Below, one piece after another: positions 59,583 to 64,000 of a stretch of 64,000 nucleotides of DNA. The stretch spans positions 124,248,001 through 124,312,000 of the forward strand of contig OZ024743.1 of NCBI GenBank assembly GCA_964016885.1, given 5' to 3'. The position numbers and the translations under genes were made by a program. Position 1 is the stretch's first letter; the number at the start of each line of letters is the position of its first letter. The notes under the pieces were generated by a model that searched no databases, was not told the DNA's origin, and saw nothing but the letters and a program-made list of their open reading frames with translations. Origin of the DNA: Eledone cirrhosa (Eukaryota).

Positions 59583-59868
59583 ATTCAATATAATGTGAGA
59601 TAATTATGTGAGGTAAAGCCTTTACCATGGAAATATATTAGTATATATAGAGTAATGTAAATGCTAAAGGGTTGATGATAAAAAATAACGTTAATGTTAA
59701 TCACAGATTTTGTCAAGAGAGGGAAGGGAGAAAACTCCATGAAAATTAAACTTGCTTAAAAACCAAACTGATCAAAATGGCTGCCACAATATACGAGTGT
59801 TTTTTTTTTTTAGTTATTTTTTCCATTCCTTGCTCTTCTTACTCTTTATCTTTTTATTTCTCATTCTA

Positions 59869-59904
59869 TCTTCTGATGAAGGACTAGTGTCTGAAACGTT
59901 AAGA
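59869..59904 (+). ncRNA. minimal type I hammerhead ribozyme (PLE pLTR-like)
   Basis: TCTT-CTGATGA-AGG(actagtg)TCT-GAAAC-GT-T-AAGA, ~100 bp upstream of a CA/TA repeat. Confidence 0.65.
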
Positions 59905-60007
59905 ATCTTTTCCTTTGTTTCAAGCATTAAACTAATATATTTCTTCGTTGTACTGTGTCGTTTGCCTTATTATTTCTGTTTACTTTTTACATACACAGAC
60001 ATGCGCG

Positions 60008-60040
<33 letters not shown>

Positions 60041-60041
<1 letters not shown>

Positions 60042-60237
60042 AGTTTATCTCCGGTTCAATTGGGGGGTAGCCACAGTAAGTAAGGTACTCAATACATAGC
60101 AGAGTATAAATATTTAATATAGAAATGGCTTCTACAGGACTAGAACTGTTTCATTCGGGAGAAATCATCAGGAAGCCGACCTGATGATTTCTCCCGAATG
60201 AAACAGTTCTAGTCCTGTAGAAGCCATTTCTATATTA
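60041..60237. mobile_element. fold-back insert between TA runs; complete HHR on - strand, truncated mirror on +
   Basis: Palindrome 60115-60237; same family as 41456-41506. Confidence 0.8.
60127..60177 (-). ncRNA. type I hammerhead ribozyme
   Basis: GGCTTC-CTGATGA-tTTC(tccc)GAAt-GAAACAG(ttctagtc)CTGT-A-GAAGCC. Confidence 0.85.
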
Positions 60238-60949
60238 TATATAGTGGTGAGTAAAGCTAATCCTTGGTAGTTATGGTAGATTGGTGAGTAAAACTAATCC
60301 TTGGTAGATTTATTCTTAGTTAAAAACATAACTACATATGGATGTATAGTGATTTTTAGAGTATACATTTTAAAAGTAAAGTTAAAATAAGACATTGACA
60401 AATTTCACTGAGAAAAAATTCTGCCATTAGAACATGTAATTAAGTGAAGGTTAAATACATTTAAAGTAGTGAGCTAAAAATAATCTTAATGAATAAGAAC
60501 AAAAGTAATTAGTGTTAATGATAATGCTTGCCTAGGATACAATGGAGAGAAGTCTGGAATTTAAATTGATTAAGAATTAAATAGAAATATATGAAGGAGT
60601 GAGTCTAACAACTATGGACATAGTTTAGTCCTATTAGACCTCTTTAGTAAGGCTTAGTCTAACACTGTAGCATTTGTTAACCTTTCTCATACTAAACCAC
60701 CCTGGTTCTACTTCTATATAAAGTTGTTTATATTAAAGTGTTAATATTTGTCAAAAAAACCTTCCATCATAATTTTATGTAAAAACCATTGTTAAGTTAA
60801 GTTTGAATCACAAGCTTAATAATGAGAAAGTTAGTTATGTTACGAAATATGTCCAAATTCTGATTATTTTCAAAATTGTTGGCAGTATCATTCATTAGAA
60901 ATATGGTAACAACAAACTGCCTGCGTCAGTTGTTAGCTGCCGAGACACT

Positions 60950-61282
60950 GCATCCTTTAAGACACTCATGCTTCCCGAAATACGCCAAAACTACACCTGA
61001 TGTACCCCTTCCATACACATGCACACGTGTGTATCATGACTCGTGCACTGTTCATTTTACTGATGTTTGTGTATTGCCCTATGTACTGTACATGCACTTT
61101 TTGATGAGTTGTGGTGCACCTGGGCACTGTACACAATATTTCATTATTATTATTATTATTATATCATGACTCATACACTGTTCATTTTCCTGACATTTGT
61201 ACATTATTCTATGTACTATACATGCACCTTTGATGAGTTGTAGTGCACCTGAGCACTGTACACAATAATTTCATTCATTATT
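60950..61282 (+). repeat. dispersed repeat (LINE-3'-end-like) with duplicated ~130-bp tail ending in (ATT)n
   Basis: 61036-61160 resembles 61166-61282; inverted copy at ~62933-63140. Confidence 0.65.
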
Positions 61283-62932
61283 AAAAGGTTTAAGCTATCT
61301 CTCAATATATCAACTCAGAAAAGCATCAGTATACAATTATCTTCCCCTTTTGATGTTATTCATAACTATATGAACAGTCTTATATACATGGAATTGGCAC
61401 TACTCAGCACTTTCTTCACTTTCCCCACACAACCAATTTCCCCCCAATTCACGCCCTACTATCTTAAAAGTGGAAGAATGTATTAGATAGCTGTAGTCCA
61501 GAATTGGATGGTTATGGCTTCATCATAGGACTACTCTGATCAAAGTTGACCTTCGAGTTCCAGGTCAATTTTGAAGGAGTAGACCTTTGTGTTGTTGATT
61601 GAGCAGACCTAATGTTGTGTTGTTGTTCTTTAGCCTCAGCTCATGCTGGGATTGAGGGTAACATCTGTCAGTCATATAGACCTTCTAGAAATAGATTCAA
61701 AATTATGTTTTTCTCATTATTTGAAAATGTGTGAAACTGCAAAAGCTTCATGCAATTAAGAATGAATAGACATAAGACAAACACAAGACACTTCTATAAT
61801 ATTTAAAATAATAGTAAAAAAAATCTTCATATTGTATTTAATGCACAGCTGCAGGCTAGTAACAACAGAATAGGCCTCCATCAGTTACAACAATGAGTGA
61901 TTGTAAGTGTTCGATCAATCAAACAGTCTGCTCATGAAATAAGTGACCGAGTATTTCACACGGCTGTACCCTTAACATAATTCTCAGGGATATTTGTAGC
62001 AAAGAGCTGGTATTGTGGTTCATTGTTCACTGGATAGGTTTGTGATGTGGTCACCATTGTGTAGTGTGTAGGCAAAGGAGACTGATGTGCCTGTGCATGT
62101 GTGACCAGAGATTGCAGCTGTGTGCAGAGCTCTGGTGATACCCGGGGCAAATCTTGATTGTATACCCCAAAGATTCAAGTATAAGGCCTAAATATACTGA
62201 AAGATATTATGAGAAAGGAAAACATTTTGAATATATAAACACAGATGAAACATGAAATAAACATTTTATTCGATTTTAATATAAATCAATCAAATTTATT
62301 AAGTTCTTTTCCCCAAATGATGCATGCCCCCATCCAAAAGATGTCCGGGGGCCAACGCACCATTGCCCATTCCCTCTGCATGCTATTGGCAACAGTTTTC
62401 ATTATGATGATGTGATGATTCCAAGAGTAAGGGAGTTACCCTGATCACATAGGTAATGAAATAAAAACTAAATCACTACTTAAATATATTTGTTAATCTA
62501 ATAACCTGCTGAGGTTATTGTTGATAAAATATGAAAACAGGGCTGTGTTGTTGTTGTTGTGTATACATGTGTGCAATAGTTCAAAAGATGATATTTACAG
62601 TTGTGTGTGGACTAACCTTTATCAAAGTGCCAACAGGAATAGAGCTAACTGGCCCTTGTCGAGAGAGCCAGAGTGTTTGGTTAACAACTACATCTCCCTG
62701 CTTGCTGGAACAAACTGTACGTGATGTATCTCCTTTGAGAGACAAAAGCAGAGTGCATGAACTGAAAATGACCTATAGTTGGATGCTTTCTCCAGACGGG
62801 ACGATGCCAGGTCTTGAAACAAAAAAAAATGAGCATCCCTGTTGTCCAGAGGTCAGCATGTGTGGTCACACCGACCTACTTTGCTAACATCAGAACAAGA
62901 GTTCAAATTACTGCTACATATTTAGCATGATA

Positions 62933-63140
62933 ATAATGAAAATTATTGTGTACAGTGCTCAGATGCACTACAACTCATGAAAGGTGAATGTATAGTACAT
63001 AGAATAATTTTCAAATGTCAGGAAAGTGAACAGTGTATGAGTCATGATATACACAGACACATGCATGTGTGTGTGTGTGTGTGTGTGGAGGGGGAATATC
63101 AGGTGTAGTGTTACAAATGAATATCAGGAAGCATGAATGT
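62933..63140 (-). repeat. inverted copy of the 60950-61282 repeat
   Basis: TTGTGTACAGTGCTCAGATGCACTACAACTCA..GTGAACAGTGTATGAGTCATGATA. Confidence 0.65.
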
Positions 63141-64000
63141 GTGACAAAGCAGGTTTTTTGAATGACAGTTACAAGAGTTCATCTGATTGGCTTCCAAACA
63201 GTTTCTGTTTGCCCAGTTTCACTCACAAGGCATGTGTCAACCTAAATGACACTAGCCCAAGATGTCACGTTGTGGGATTGAAGCCAGGAGCAATAAAAAA
63301 AACATAGATAAATCCGTGCTTGCTTACTTAGTTACTTACTTGGCACGGCTACTAAGTATGAATCTTCTATTGTTTTCTTCTTTATGTCGATGTATACTGA
63401 CCACTACGAGATACCAGTTGGTATGAATTAACCACAGATTTTGACATATACTTCTGTCTATTATCAAGTCTAAAATTAATAAAACCTTTTTTTTTAATTA
63501 TTATTCTGCAGTTTCATTATTTCTATTCCCTATGGGATGTGTTGGTTATTCAGTTTGGGAGTGAATGTACTCTACTTTAAACGTTAAAGTTTGTCAAAAG
63601 TATGAAAATACACTCTTGACAGGTGCATAGCTGTTATATGATCACAGCTTAAAATATTCATAGCGTGCCTCTTATATTTTTATTATACATAAACATATCA
63701 TTTATGGCTTCATATACACTCATATTATACATACAAACATACAAATATGCATACATACATATATAAATGCATACACACACACACACATATATATATACAT
63801 ACATTCATACATACAAACATACATACATGCATAATGGATCCAACATCAGCCTTGATGATAAGCATTCAGTTGTTCAATCAATTGATGTAACTCATGAATT
63901 AACATCTAAGTGGCTGAGTATTCCACAGACACATGTATCCTTAACCTGACAATATATGTGACAGGTACAATCCACACACTTACTGTTAACCCAATTTTAC

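Noticed and set aside
61956-62887. Possible host exons (61956-62150 -, 62531-62887 +)
   Set aside because: No recognisable domain and an upstream in-frame stop; cannot be supported without transcript or homology data.

Overview
Animal non-coding, repeat-dominated DNA with no convincing host gene. A cephalopod (octopus-like) source is inferred from the SINE families and extreme (TA)n content. The centre (~8.6-49.5 kb) is a giant interrupted (TA)n tract acting as a landing pad for nested retroelements. It holds a near-intact CR1-type LINE, Penelope-like elements (PLEs, Naiad- and Neptune-like), and many short fold-back inserts carrying type I hammerhead ribozyme (HHR) motifs. The most striking feature is a 7.2-kb array of ~23 almost identical 310-bp monomers (27237-34456). 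Each complete monomer carries a full type I HHR on a long hairpin, and the array is split into two divergently oriented arms, resembling a retrozyme/circular-RNA-derived concatemer inserted into (TA)n. The flanks hold a Tx1/L1 fragment, an RTE LINE with a twin-priming-type 5' inversion and TSD, a decayed Gypsy-like LTR element, a CRE-like RT with a PHD finger, tRNA-SINEs and fold-back elements. The many YIYI ORFs are translated microsatellite. All calls were made by eye; no searches or folding programs were run.
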